Of a stretch of 64,000 nucleotides of DNA, positions 51,437 through 60,592 are shown in pieces; within the stretch, counting starts at the first letter, position 1; each line of letters starts with the position of its first letter. The notes beneath the pieces are model-generated. The model saw only the letters and a list, made by a program, of their open reading frames with translations, searched no databases and was not told where the DNA came from. The translations under genes were made by a program, and so were the position numbers. The stretch comes from Vicinamibacteria bacterium (GTDB lineage: Bacteria > Acidobacteriota > Vicinamibacteria > Marinacidobacterales > Marinacidobacteraceae). The stretch is from positions 1,088,001 through 1,152,000 of the forward strand of contig OY729431.1 of assembly GCA_963422395.1 (NCBI GenBank), read 5' to 3'.

Positions 51437-54400
51437 TCAGTTCGGCGAAGCGGCCCCCGAGGCTTCGGAGACCGCCTCCGGGGCGGTGGTGAAGGGCCAG
51501 AAGAGGCGCCGCAGATCGTCGGTCACCGCGTAGATCGTCGGTACCAGCAGCAGGGTGAGGAGGGTCGAGGTGGGCAACCCGCCGGCGAGTACCAGGCCGA
51601 TCGGGGCCCAGTTTCCGGCGCGCCCATCGACGGAGCCGAAGAGGCCGGGGAGAAAGTAGGGCGCGGCGAGCGGCAGCAGGCCGCAGAAGGTGGTGAGTGC
51701 GGTCATGATCACCGGGCGCAGCCGGTGCTCGCTGCCGAGGACCAGTGCCTCGTCGCGGGGCATTCCCCGCCGGCGCAGCGAGTTCACCTGGGCGATGAGC
51801 ACGATGGCGTTGTTGACCACGATTCCCGCGAGCAGCACCAGACCCAGCATCGCGGTGTTGCCGAGCGTCTGTCCGGTCAGTTTCAGCGTTACCGCCACCC
51901 CGATGAACGAGAAGGGGATCGAGAACATGATCACCACGGGGTGCAGGAAGCTCTCGAACAGAGCGACCATGATGAGGTAGATCAGCAGCAGCGCGAACGC
52001 GAAGGCGAATCCGGCCGAAGTGAAATCCGCCTGGCCCATGCGGGACCAGCGGTCGAAGCTCCACTCGTAACCGGGCGGCAGGGAGATGTCGGCGAGTGCT
52101 TCCCGGATTTCGCCCATGAGTCGGAAGGAGGCGCCCGGAACGGTGGTGTTGGCGCTGATCGTCAGCTTGGGCCGGCGATCTTCGCGCTCGATGCTGCGCG
52201 GCCCGCTCGTCGTTTCGAAGTTCGCCATCGCCCCGACCGGAACGCTCGCTCCTGCGGTGAACACCGGCATTCGCCGCAGGTGGTCCAGCCGCTCGCGCTC
52301 CTCTTCGGGGTACTGGACCACGATGTCCACCTCGCGGCGGTCGCTCTCGATATTCCCCACCGGACGCGAGGTCAGGGCGCTGCGAACGCTCTGGGCGACG
52401 GCGTTGGTGGACACCCCGCTGGCCAGCGCCCGCTCGGGCCGGACGCTGACATGCAATTCTTCGGACCCGCTTTCGAGCGAGGTGTCCACATCCCGGATCC
52501 AGGGAAGGGTGGAGAGCGACGCGACGACCCGGCCGGCGACCAGTTCGAGCACCTCGAGATCGTCGCCCTTCAAGTCCACCCGGACCCCGCTCCCCCGGCC
52601 CCCCGGACCGCGGCCTCGACTCTGGGCGATCCGGAAGCCCACTCCGGGGAGGGTGGGAAACAGGCCGCGGATCTCGTCGGTGATTTCCTGGACGCTGCGC
52701 TCGGATTCCGCCTCGTCTCGCAGATAGATGTCGAAACGGCGGCCGCCGCCCCCGAAACCGCCGCGGGAACGGCCTCCCCCGCGCCGAAACTCGTATACCA
52801 CATCCGCGATCTCGAGCCCTTCGCGCCGCTCGTCGAGAAGGGCGGCCACCGTCTCCATGACTTCCCGGGTCTCATCCAGCGAGAAGGCTCGAGGCACATC
52901 CACATGGATCGTCACCTGCCGCTCCACGGTGGACTCCTGGCCAGACCGCTCGATCCCCTGATAGAGCGCCCAGGCCACCCAGAGCAGGCCGACCGCGACG
53001 GTGAGCGAGATGGCGCGGTGCTGGAGCGTCCAGCGGATCGTTCGCCCGTAGTAACGGGCGAGGAGCCGCATCGTGCGCGAGTACACGCGCTTCTCGTTTC
53101 GCAGCACGACCCCGGCGGTCATCGGAACCACGGTGAGCGCCACCAGCAGCGAGGCCACGATGACCACGCTCAGGGTGAACCCGAAGTCGGTGAAGATGCG
53201 GAAGAAGCCGCCCATCGTGGCCCCGAGGAAGATCAGCGGGACGAACACGCACATCGTGGTGGCGGCGCCCGCGATGATGGGCATGGTGACCGCCGAGGCG
53301 CCGAGGATCGCCGCCGTGCGCGAATCCTCCCGATGCTCGGTGAAGTGGCGCGAGATGGAGTCGATGACCACGATCGCCGGATCGGCGAGCATCCCCACCG
53401 CCACCATCAGCCCGAAGAGGCTGATCACATTCAGGGTGGTGTCCACCAGACCCGCCTGCCGCGCCAGATAGAGGATGACGAAAGTGGTGATGATGGAGAG
53501 CGGGATCGCCACCGCGACGAGCAGGGTGGTGCGAACCTTCTGCAAGAACAGCAGCAGGATCAGGATGGCGAGCGTCCCCCCGAAGACCCCCGCCCAGGTG
53601 AGTTGCGAAAGCCCGCCGCGGACATCCTCTGAAGAGTCGCGAAGGTAGCGGACATCGATTTCCCGATACCGCTGGAGGTCACCGATCGCGGCCATTTCGG
53701 CCCTCACCCCGTCGGCCACTTGCAGGACATTCGCGGTCGAAGCCTTGTAGATGCGGAAGGTGACCGCTTCTTCGCCGTTCAGGTAGTCGAACGAGTTCTG
53801 CTTCGGGTACGTGTAGGCCACCTCCGCCACATCGCCGACCTGCAGGCCGTCGCCCCCGATCGGAGTCTCGCGGATGTCCTCGGGGCGACGGAACTCGCCC
53901 ACCGTACGGACGATGAGCTTCCGGGATCCGTCGGTGATCGTTCCTCCCGAGATGTTCACATTGCTCTGGCCGAGGACGGAGGCGACCTCCCGCACATCCA
54001 CCTGGAGTGCCGCCATCCGCTGGGGGTCCAGGTTCACCTGCAGCTCGCGCCGCCGGACCCCGCGCGCGTCCACGCTGGCGACGCCTTCGATGCGCTCGAG
54101 GCGCGGCTGCACGATGTCCTCGGCGAAGTCGTAGAGACGCTCGCGCTCCCAGGGCGCCGCCAGGTGGAATTGCAGGATGGGGATGTCGGTGCTCTGGAAA
54201 CGGCGGATGCGGATGCGCTCGATATCGTCGGGAAGCAGATGGCGCACTCGGTCCACGCGGTCGCGGGCTTCGACCACCATCAGATCCATGTCCGCGCCCT
54301 CGTCGAACTCGACGCTGACATTGCCGCTGTTCGCGTTCGCGGTGGCGGTGAGAACCGAGATCCCGGGGATGGTTCCGAGGCTCGCTTCGAGCGGGCGGAC

Positions 54401-54679
54401 GATGAGCCGTTCGGTTTCTTCCGGCGAGGAGGACTCGTAATCCACGCTCACCCAGAGGCTGTTCGAACCGAACGAAGGCAGGAACTCGAGCGGAAGGCGG
54501 GTCAGCGACACATACCCGAGGACGACGAGTCCGAGGGCGATCATGCTCACCGTGACCCGTCGGTCCACTGCGAATCGGGCGAGCGCGCCGCCGCGCTCGG
54601 GCGCCGGTTCCGGAGCGTTCGCTTCATGGCGTCGGTCCGTCTCGGTCTCGGCGATCCCGGTTCGGTCGATCTCGTTCAT
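51437..54679 (-). CDS. RND permease subunit (second, divergent)
   Basis: AVDRRVTV, LEFLP, GMLADPAIVV and RLRPVIMTALTT motifs; 1080 aa. Confidence 0.93.
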   Translation of the reverse strand: MNEIDRTGIAETETDRRHEANAPEPAPERGGALARFAVDRRVTVSMIALGLVVLGYVSLTRLPLEFLPSFGSNSLWVSVDYESSSPEETERLIVRPLEASLGTIPGISVLTATANANSGNVSVEFDEGADMDLMVVEARDRVDRVRHLLPDDIERIRIRRFQSTDIPILQFHLAAPWERERLYDFAEDIVQPRLERIEGVASVDARGVRRRELQVNLDPQRMAALQVDVREVASVLGQSNVNISGGTITDGSRKLIVRTVGEFRRPEDIRETPIGGDGLQVGDVAEVAYTYPKQNSFDYLNGEEAVTFRIYKASTANVLQVADGVRAEMAAIGDLQRYREIDVRYLRDSSEDVRGGLSQLTWAGVFGGTLAILILLLFLQKVRTTLLVAVAIPLSIITTFVILYLARQAGLVDTTLNVISLFGLMVAVGMLADPAIVVIDSISRHFTEHREDSRTAAILGASAVTMPIIAGAATTMCVFVPLIFLGATMGGFFRIFTDFGFTLSVVIVASLLVALTVVPMTAGVVLRNEKRVYSRTMRLLARYYGRTIRWTLQHRAISLTVAVGLLWVAWALYQGIERSGQESTVERQVTIHVDVPRAFSLDETREVMETVAALLDERREGLEIADVVYEFRRGGGRSRGGFGGGGRRFDIYLRDEAESERSVQEITDEIRGLFPTLPGVGFRIAQSRGRGPGGRGSGVRVDLKGDDLEVLELVAGRVVASLSTLPWIRDVDTSLESGSEELHVSVRPERALASGVSTNAVAQSVRSALTSRPVGNIESDRREVDIVVQYPEEERERLDHLRRMPVFTAGASVPVGAMANFETTSGPRSIEREDRRPKLTISANTTVPGASFRLMGEIREALADISLPPGYEWSFDRWSRMGQADFTSAGFAFAFALLLIYLIMVALFESFLHPVVIMFSIPFSFIGVAVTLKLTGQTLGNTAMLGLVLLAGIVVNNAIVLIAQVNSLRRRGMPRDEALVLGSEHRLRPVIMTALTTFCGLLPLAAPYFLPGLFGSVDGRAGNWAPIGLVLAGGLPTSTLLTLLLVPTIYAVTDDLRRLFWPFTTAPEAVSEASGAASPN

Positions 54680-55188
54680 GGCGATGCTCCTTCCGGACGG
54701 CGCCGCGTCCGGCTGTCGGCGTCCTTGCCCCCCGACTCCGGAGCCCGGCGGCGCTCCATTCGGGATGCCCAGGAATCGAAGGTGTGGCGTTGGGAATCGG
54801 TCAGGATTTCGCGGATCTGCTCGTGGAAGCGGAGCCGCAGTTCGCGGTAGCGGGCGTGGGTGTCCTCCCAGAACGCCTTCGCTTCCTCACGGTTCGCCTC
54901 GAGGAAGGAGTCCAGCTTCGCCTGCTGCTCGGCGTCGAGAGCGAGCCGGCTCGCCAGCCGCTCCCGAAATTCCGAACTTCTCCGCGGCTCGCTCCGGGAG
55001 GATCTGCCGCTTCTCTCGCGGTCCGTCCGGCGTCCGGCGGCTTCGCTGCGGAGCGGGTGAGCCGAGTGCAGCAGCTGGGTCGCCAGCACGCCCGCGCCGA
55101 AACCCAGGAGCACGAGGAGGAGTGGAGCTAGGCGCCGCCACCGCCGGGCGGCGCGGCCGGCGCCTGCCGGGGAAGCGGCTTCCATCAT
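54676..55188 (-). CDS. Membrane-anchored Spy/CpxP-like periplasmic protein
   Basis: TM helix followed by LALDAEQQ and IREILTDSQ (LTxxQ motifs). Confidence 0.65.
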   Translation of the reverse strand: MMEAASPAGAGRAARRWRRLAPLLLVLLGFGAGVLATQLLHSAHPLRSEAAGRRTDRERSGRSSRSEPRRSSEFRERLASRLALDAEQQAKLDSFLEANREEAKAFWEDTHARYRELRLRFHEQIREILTDSQRHTFDSWASRMERRRAPESGGKDADSRTRRRPEGASP

Positions 55189-55805
55189 CCTCCCTCCGGT
55201 TCCGTGTCCGAATTCTCGGCGGGGAAGGAAGCACCGAGCGCGATCCGCAGTACCGGCTCGTCGGAGACGGCCGCCGCGGGTCTTGCCTCGGGAGAGGCGG
55301 CGTCGAACCACGCCGAAAGGTCAGCCGAGGCCGGGCCGGAGGCGCCGAGGACCTGCCCTTCCAGCGCGCGCAGGAATTCGCCGGGATCGGCTCCGTCCCC
55401 GTCCAATTCCTCGATCGGCCCCGCACCCGGCTCGGAAAGGATGCCCTGCCAGAGACTGAGTCCGGCGGCCGCGATCGCCACCGCGGCCGCCGCGGCGAGC
55501 CGGAAGCCCAGCTGGCTCCAGGTCCAACGCGGGATGACGGAAACCGTCTCCCGGCGGGATCTCCAGCGGGAGACGAATTCCGGATCGGGCTCGCAGCGGA
55601 TCGCGAGCCGAGCGGACGCCTCGCCGAGCCGGTCGCGCTCGCGCCGGAGTTCCGGATCGTCCGCGAGCTGCCGATCGAGCCGGCGGACCGCCGCGGCGTC
55701 GAGTTCCCCGTCGAGATACGCCGAAAGCGCCGCAGACGACTTCGTGGGCAATTCCCCGGACGACTCTCCGAGCGGGGCTCGGGAGTCGGAACCGAAGCCG
55801 CTCAT
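55185..55805 (-). CDS. Anti-sigma factor (TM)
   Basis: LSAYLDGEL N-terminus and a single TM helix; overlaps the ECF stop codon. Confidence 0.8.
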   Translation of the reverse strand: MSGFGSDSRAPLGESSGELPTKSSAALSAYLDGELDAAAVRRLDRQLADDPELRRERDRLGEASARLAIRCEPDPEFVSRWRSRRETVSVIPRWTWSQLGFRLAAAAAVAIAAAGLSLWQGILSEPGAGPIEELDGDGADPGEFLRALEGQVLGASGPASADLSAWFDAASPEARPAAAVSDEPVLRIALGASFPAENSDTEPEGG

Positions 55806-56410
55806 CCCGAATCTCCCGGATCCAGCGCTGCGGGCGGATCCGGTGCCGGGGAGAGTTCCAGCGCCGCCGCCAAACGCTGCCGCGCCCGATGGATTCTGGA
55901 CTGCACCGTCCCGAGCGGCGTCCGGCAGGAGTCCGCGATTTCCCGGTAAGTCATTCCTCCCACTTCCTTCAACAGCAGAGCCTCCCGCTCCGCTTCGGCC
56001 AGCGTCCGAAGCGCGGACGAGAGCTCGGCGCGCCGCCGCATTCCTTCCGGCGCGTCTTCGGCGCGGGTTGCCCGGTCCTGGTCTTCTCCAGGGGTTGCGG
56101 CTTCGACGAGCCGGCGCCGCCGTCCGGCACTTCGCAGCGCGTCGTGGGCGCAGCGGATCGCGATCCGGCACAGCCAAGCGCCCACCGGCCCCTCGCCTCG
56201 ATAACCCGAGGCACGGCGAAAGGCTCGCAGATAGGCCTCCTGGGCGGCGTCCTCCGCTTCCGAAGCGTCCCGCAGGATCGTGAGGGCAACGGACCGAACG
56301 CGGCTCTCGGTGCGGCGGACCAGCTCGTCGAAAGCGCGCGGGTCTCCCTCCTCGCGGAATCTCCGCAGCAGCCGGCGCTCTTCCCGGTTCTCCGCTTCCC
56401 GATCCGGCAC
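55802..56410 (-). CDS. ECF RNA polymerase sigma factor
   Basis: AFDELV, AEDAAQEAY, WLCRIA and MTYREIA...GTVQSRIHRAR. Start placed at GTG 56410, downstream of the predicted ECF promoter. Confidence 0.9.
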   Translation of the reverse strand: MPDREAENREERRLLRRFREEGDPRAFDELVRRTESRVRSVALTILRDASEAEDAAQEAYLRAFRRASGYRGEGPVGAWLCRIAIRCAHDALRSAGRRRRLVEAATPGEDQDRATRAEDAPEGMRRRAELSSALRTLAEAEREALLLKEVGGMTYREIADSCRTPLGTVQSRIHRARQRLAAALELSPAPDPPAALDPGDSG

Positions 56411-56480
56411 TCCCGGGTTCGAGAGGGGGCCTTCGGTTCGGGTCTCCTCATCGGGCGCATCTCTAGCTGGCTCAGAAGGA

Positions 56481-56507
56481 AGACGCACGGGGGCCGCCGT
56501 TTTGTTC
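56481..56507 (-). promoter_or_regulatory. Putative autoregulatory ECF promoter
   Basis: GAACAA-N16-CGTCT on the minus strand, upstream of the ECF gene. Confidence 0.55.
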
Positions 56508-56579
56508 ACGCCGCGCACGACCCGAAGCTGCCGGGCAGTCTAGTCCGGGGTCCGCCAGCAGTGGCCGCATACTCTCGGA

Positions 56580-57731
56580 GTGACTCGCCCGCGAGACCAA
56601 CGGATCGAAACCCGCAGCGTCCACGCCGGGGCGGCCCGCAATCGGGCGGGGGCGGTGGCGCCGCCCATCCACCTCTCGACGACCTTCGAACGGGGGCCCG
56701 AGGGGGAGCTGCGTTCCGAATTCATCTACAGCCGGAGCGGGAATCCGGACCGGACGGCGCTCGAGGCGGCGATCGCCGATCTCGAAGGGGGCGCGGAATG
56801 CGTGAGCTTCGCGTCGGGGCTCGCCGCCATCCACTCGCTGCTGCTGACGCTCGCTCCCGGCGACCTGGTGTTGGCGCCGCAAGACGCCTACCACGGGACG
56901 ACGCAGCTCCTGAACGGATCCTCGAATGGGTCCCTGTCGCGCTGGGGCCTTCGCACCCGGGGCACCGATTTCCTCGATGCCGGCGATCTCGACGCCGGCC
57001 TCGCCGAGCGCCCGGTGCTGGCCATCCTCGAAACCCCCTCGAACCCCACCCTGCGGATCACCGACATCGCCGCGGTCGCGGCGTCCTGCCGCGCCGCCGG
57101 GGTGTTGGTCGCGGTGGACAACACCTGGATGACCCCCGTTCTCCAGCGGCCTCTCTCTCTCGGCGCCGACATCGTGATCCACGCGACCACCAAGTATTTC
57201 GGCGGCCACAGCGACGCGACCGGCGGCGCGGTGGTGGTCCGCAGGGGACTCGAGCTGACCCCGCGCCTCCGGTCGGTGCAGATGGATACCGGCCCCGTCC
57301 CCTCTCCCTTCGACGCCTGGTTGCTCCGCCGCGGGATCAAGACCCTGCCGCTGCGCATCCGTGCTCAGTCCGCCGCGGCGGGAGCGGTGGCGCGCTTCCT
57401 CGACCGCCACCCGGCCGTCCTCCGCACCTGCTATCCGGGGCTTTCGAGCGATCCTGGACACGAAGTCCAGACGCGCCAGGCGGACGGCTACGGCGCCATG
57501 CTCTCGTTCCGGGTTCGCGGCGGCGAAGCGGGCGCCCGGAGAGTGCTCTCACGGGTGCGGCTGGCGATTCGCGCCACCAGTCTCGGCGGGGTGGAAACGC
57601 TCATCGAGCACCGGGCGCTCGTGGAAGGGCCGGATACCGAGACCCCTCGGGACCTGGTGCGCATGTCCATCGGGCTCGAACACCCGGAAGACCTGATCGC
57701 CGACCTCGGCCAGGCGCTGGCGGCGGTCTGA
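56580..57731 (+). CDS. Cystathionine gamma-synthase/lyase family PLP enzyme
   Basis: YSRSGNP, FASG, ETPSNP, DNT, ATTKYFGGHSD and SLGGVETL motifs. Confidence 0.9.
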   Translation: MTRPRDQRIETRSVHAGAARNRAGAVAPPIHLSTTFERGPEGELRSEFIYSRSGNPDRTALEAAIADLEGGAECVSFASGLAAIHSLLLTLAPGDLVLAPQDAYHGTTQLLNGSSNGSLSRWGLRTRGTDFLDAGDLDAGLAERPVLAILETPSNPTLRITDIAAVAASCRAAGVLVAVDNTWMTPVLQRPLSLGADIVIHATTKYFGGHSDATGGAVVVRRGLELTPRLRSVQMDTGPVPSPFDAWLLRRGIKTLPLRIRAQSAAAGAVARFLDRHPAVLRTCYPGLSSDPGHEVQTRQADGYGAMLSFRVRGGEAGARRVLSRVRLAIRATSLGGVETLIEHRALVEGPDTETPRDLVRMSIGLEHPEDLIADLGQALAAV

Positions 57732-58011
57732 TACCCCCCCCTGCGGTCTGGCGACCCGAGCGGCCTCTCCGGTTCCGTCCTACGATGGTGTAGGGGGGCG
57801 TCGCGTGCCGAGCCCGGGCTTCCCGCGCCGGGCCCGCTCGAAAAAGAGCGCCCCGGACGGGCTGCGCTTCCCGCTTGGCAGTGGTGACTCCCATTCGGTT
57901 CCATAAGCCGGAACACAGGAAACCACCCGGGTGCTGTTCCGGATTCTACCGAAGTCGGCAGACCTCCGGGAGTAGGGTTTGGGGGCGCGCTTTCCCGCGG
58001 GATCAACAGAG

Positions 58012-58095
58012 TGCCGGGAGCGGGGCTCGAACCCGCACGCCCCTTCGGGGCAGAAGATTTTAAGTCTCCCGCGTCTGCCATTTCGCCATCCCGGC
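58012..58095 (-). tRNA. tRNA-Leu(TAA)
   Basis: GCCGGGATGGCGAAATGG...CTTAAAA...long variable arm...GGTTCGAGCCC; acceptor stem GCCGGGA/TCCCGGC. Confidence 0.95.
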
Positions 58096-58188
58096 AAGCC
58101 GTCGATTCCAGTCTCTACCCCAGCCACCCGTCCGACTCCCGACTCCGCCGCCCTCCCATTCTCCGAGAGGAGTCCGAGGTGCCTCGCC

Positions 58189-58218
58189 TAGCAGCCTGTG
58201 GACAAAGTCACAGCTAGC
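58189..58218 (+). mobile_element. MITE terminal stub fused to an IS481-like end junction
   Basis: TAGCAGCCTGTGGACAAAGTCACA is an exact 24-bp MITE end and is immediately followed by GCTAGC. Confidence 0.75.
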
Positions 58219-58276
58219 GGCGGTTTCAGACTTTCGATTTCCAGATTTCCATCGTCCGGATCTTCATGCCGGGCGG

Positions 58277-58349
58277 AGGCGGCGGGCGGATTCGAACCGC
58301 CGAATAGAGGTTTTGCAGACCTCCGCCTTGGCCACTTGGCTACGCCGCC
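58277..58349 (-). tRNA. tRNA-Cys(GCA)
   Basis: GGCGGCGTAGCCAAGTGG...CTGCAAA...GGTTCGAATCC; U discriminator. Confidence 0.95.
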
Positions 58350-58380
58350 GATCCGCTGAAGAACCCGGGAACCGCAGGGG

Positions 58381-58452
<72 letters not shown>

Positions 58453-58501
58453 TCTGAGAAGACGCGATTGTACCGACGGGACGCTGCGGCCGGGGCACCG
58501 G

Positions 58502-59011
58502 TCAGAAGGCTCCGCGCCGGATCCGGACGATCGGCCGTCCGCCCGGCCGGACGACCAGGCGGACGAACCGAGCGCGGAGCCGGCGGAGCAGAGAGACCGC
58601 GCGGAGCGGACCGCTTCTGGCAAACCAGACCTCCACCACATCCAGCCGCAGCTTGGAGCCCGGCGGAATCCGTCTTCTCCCGGATTCGAGGCGCCACATC
58701 CTCGCTGCCGAGCGGCGGATCCGCTCCCTCTTTTCCGCGTCCACCCGTTCTGCGGGATCGCCGAAACCGCCCCGGCGGGTTTTCACCTCCACGACCGCGA
58801 GGGTGCGCCCCTCCCAGGCCACGATGTCCAGCTCGGCATCCCGCCGTCTTCGCCCCGGCCGGTAGTTCCGCGCCACGATGCGGTAACCGGAGCGGCGCAG
58901 CTCCCGCGCCGCGATCCGCTCGCCGCGCGCCCCGAGCCGCAGATGCGGAGGCCGCCGCCTGACGAAGCGGCGGAACAGGCGGGGGAAGCGGCGGGGGTGG
59001 GGCCGGATCAA
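58502..59011 (-). CDS. yraN: YraN family (UPF0102) endonuclease-like protein
   Basis: LGARGE.IA..L...GY.IVARNY, ELDIVA and VEVKTR motifs. Confidence 0.85.
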   Translation of the reverse strand: MIRPHPRRFPRLFRRFVRRRPPHLRLGARGERIAARELRRSGYRIVARNYRPGRRRRDAELDIVAWEGRTLAVVEVKTRRGGFGDPAERVDAEKRERIRRSAARMWRLESGRRRIPPGSKLRLDVVEVWFARSGPLRAVSLLRRLRARFVRLVVRPGGRPIVRIRRGAF

Positions 59012-60570
59012 CGCCGGCGCCAGCGGGTTCCTGCCGCGGAGTCCTCGAGGAGGATGTTCCGCGCCGCGAGATCGTCCCGGATCCGGTCCGCTTCGGCGAA
59101 ATCGCGCCGGCGCCGGGCCTGGGCCCGCTTTTCGATCCAGGCTTCGATCTCGCTCGCAAGCGGAGCCCCGCGGGGGAGAGTCGCCGCGGCCGCGGCCGGC
59201 ACGGCAACCGCCGCGGCAGTCTTCGCGGCAACCGCCGCTACGGGAACGGCCGGGGTGGTTTCGCTGCTCCCCTGGACCGGAGGTTGGAATTCGAAGCTGC
59301 CGATCACCGCGTTCAGTCGGCGGATCGCCTTCGCCCAGGGCAGGGAAGCCGCCCCGCCTCCGGGAGAGTGGAGCGCCCGATTTCCTTCCCGAAGCGCGCG
59401 GAAGACCTCTCCGAGCGCCTTCGAGGTGTTCAGGTCGTCGTCGAGCGACTGCTCGAAACGGGCGACCGCCTGCGCGGCTCCCGCCTCGGCAGCCGCCGCG
59501 GGTTCGGAACTCGGGGCGGCAGCCTTCTCGCTGCCGGCGGCGCTCCCCTCGCTGCGGAGGGCGTCGTCCGAACGGCGGAGGAAGTCGTCCACTCTGCGGA
59601 TGGCGACCTCGGCCTGGCGCAGGCCGTCCTTGGTGAAATTCAGCTGCTGGCGGTAGTGGACGCTCGCCAGCAGATGGCGGATGGCCGCTGCGGAAAACCC
59701 GTCGTCGAGCAGTTCTCGAACCGTGAACTGGTTGCCGAGCGACTTGGACATCTTGCGTCCTTCGACGAGCAGGTGTTCGCAGTGGAACCAGTGGCGCGCG
59801 AAGAGGGAGCCGGTCGCTGCCTCACTCTGGGCGATTTCGTTCTCGTGGTGCGGAAACACGAGGTCCACGCCGCCGCAGTGGAGGTCGAAGCCAGAGCCGA
59901 GCAGTTCGAGCCCCATTGCCGAACACTCGAGATGCCAGCCGGGCCGCCCGGCGCCGAAGGGGGCTTTCCAGACCGGTTCGCCGGGTCGAGCGGCCTTCCA
60001 GAGCACGAAGTCGGAGGCGTCCTCCTTGTCGTATTCGTCCGAGTCCACCCGCGCGCCCGCCAAGCGGTCCGAGGCAGCCGCTCCGGAAAGCCGTCCGTAT
60101 CCGGGGAAACCGGCGACCCGGAAATACACGGAACCGCTGGACTCGTAAGCGGACCCGTTGTCCAGCAGTGCGGAAACGAGCCGGATCATCGCCTCGATGT
60201 ATTCGGGGTCGGTGGCCCGCGGGTAGTGCTCGGCTCGCTCGATTCCGAGAGCGTCGGCGTCGGAGAAGAACTGCTCGATGAACCGGGTGGTGTATCCGCG
60301 CAGGGACTCGCCGGTTTCCGCCGCTCCGCGGATCGTCTTGTCATCCACATCGGTGAAGTTCATCGCCTGCATCACGCGGTAGCCCTTGAAACGAAGGAAC
60401 CGGCGCAAGATGTCCTGCGCCACGAAGGTGCGGAAGTTGCCGATATGCCCGCGGGCGTACACCGTGAGCCCGCAGGTGTACATGCGCACTTCGGAAGGCC
60501 GCCGGGGGATGAACGGCTCGATCCGGCCGCCGAGGGTGTTCCACAGCCGGAAGACGGTCTCCTGAGACAT
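59008..60570 (-). CDS. cysS: Cysteine--tRNA ligase
   Basis: CG.TVY, HIGN, GRPGWHLECS, FPHHENE and KMSKS motifs. Confidence 0.96.
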   Translation of the reverse strand: MSQETVFRLWNTLGGRIEPFIPRRPSEVRMYTCGLTVYARGHIGNFRTFVAQDILRRFLRFKGYRVMQAMNFTDVDDKTIRGAAETGESLRGYTTRFIEQFFSDADALGIERAEHYPRATDPEYIEAMIRLVSALLDNGSAYESSGSVYFRVAGFPGYGRLSGAAASDRLAGARVDSDEYDKEDASDFVLWKAARPGEPVWKAPFGAGRPGWHLECSAMGLELLGSGFDLHCGGVDLVFPHHENEIAQSEAATGSLFARHWFHCEHLLVEGRKMSKSLGNQFTVRELLDDGFSAAAIRHLLASVHYRQQLNFTKDGLRQAEVAIRRVDDFLRRSDDALRSEGSAAGSEKAAAPSSEPAAAAEAGAAQAVARFEQSLDDDLNTSKALGEVFRALREGNRALHSPGGGAASLPWAKAIRRLNAVIGSFEFQPPVQGSSETTPAVPVAAVAAKTAAAVAVPAAAAATLPRGAPLASEIEAWIEKRAQARRRRDFAEADRIRDDLAARNILLEDSAAGTRWRRR

Positions 60571-60592
60571 GGGTTCGTTCAGTCGAAGACGG

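Noticed and set aside
57732-58011. Integrative element or att site at the tRNA-Leu 3' end
   Set aside because: No integrase and no duplicated tRNA 3' end were seen in the window.
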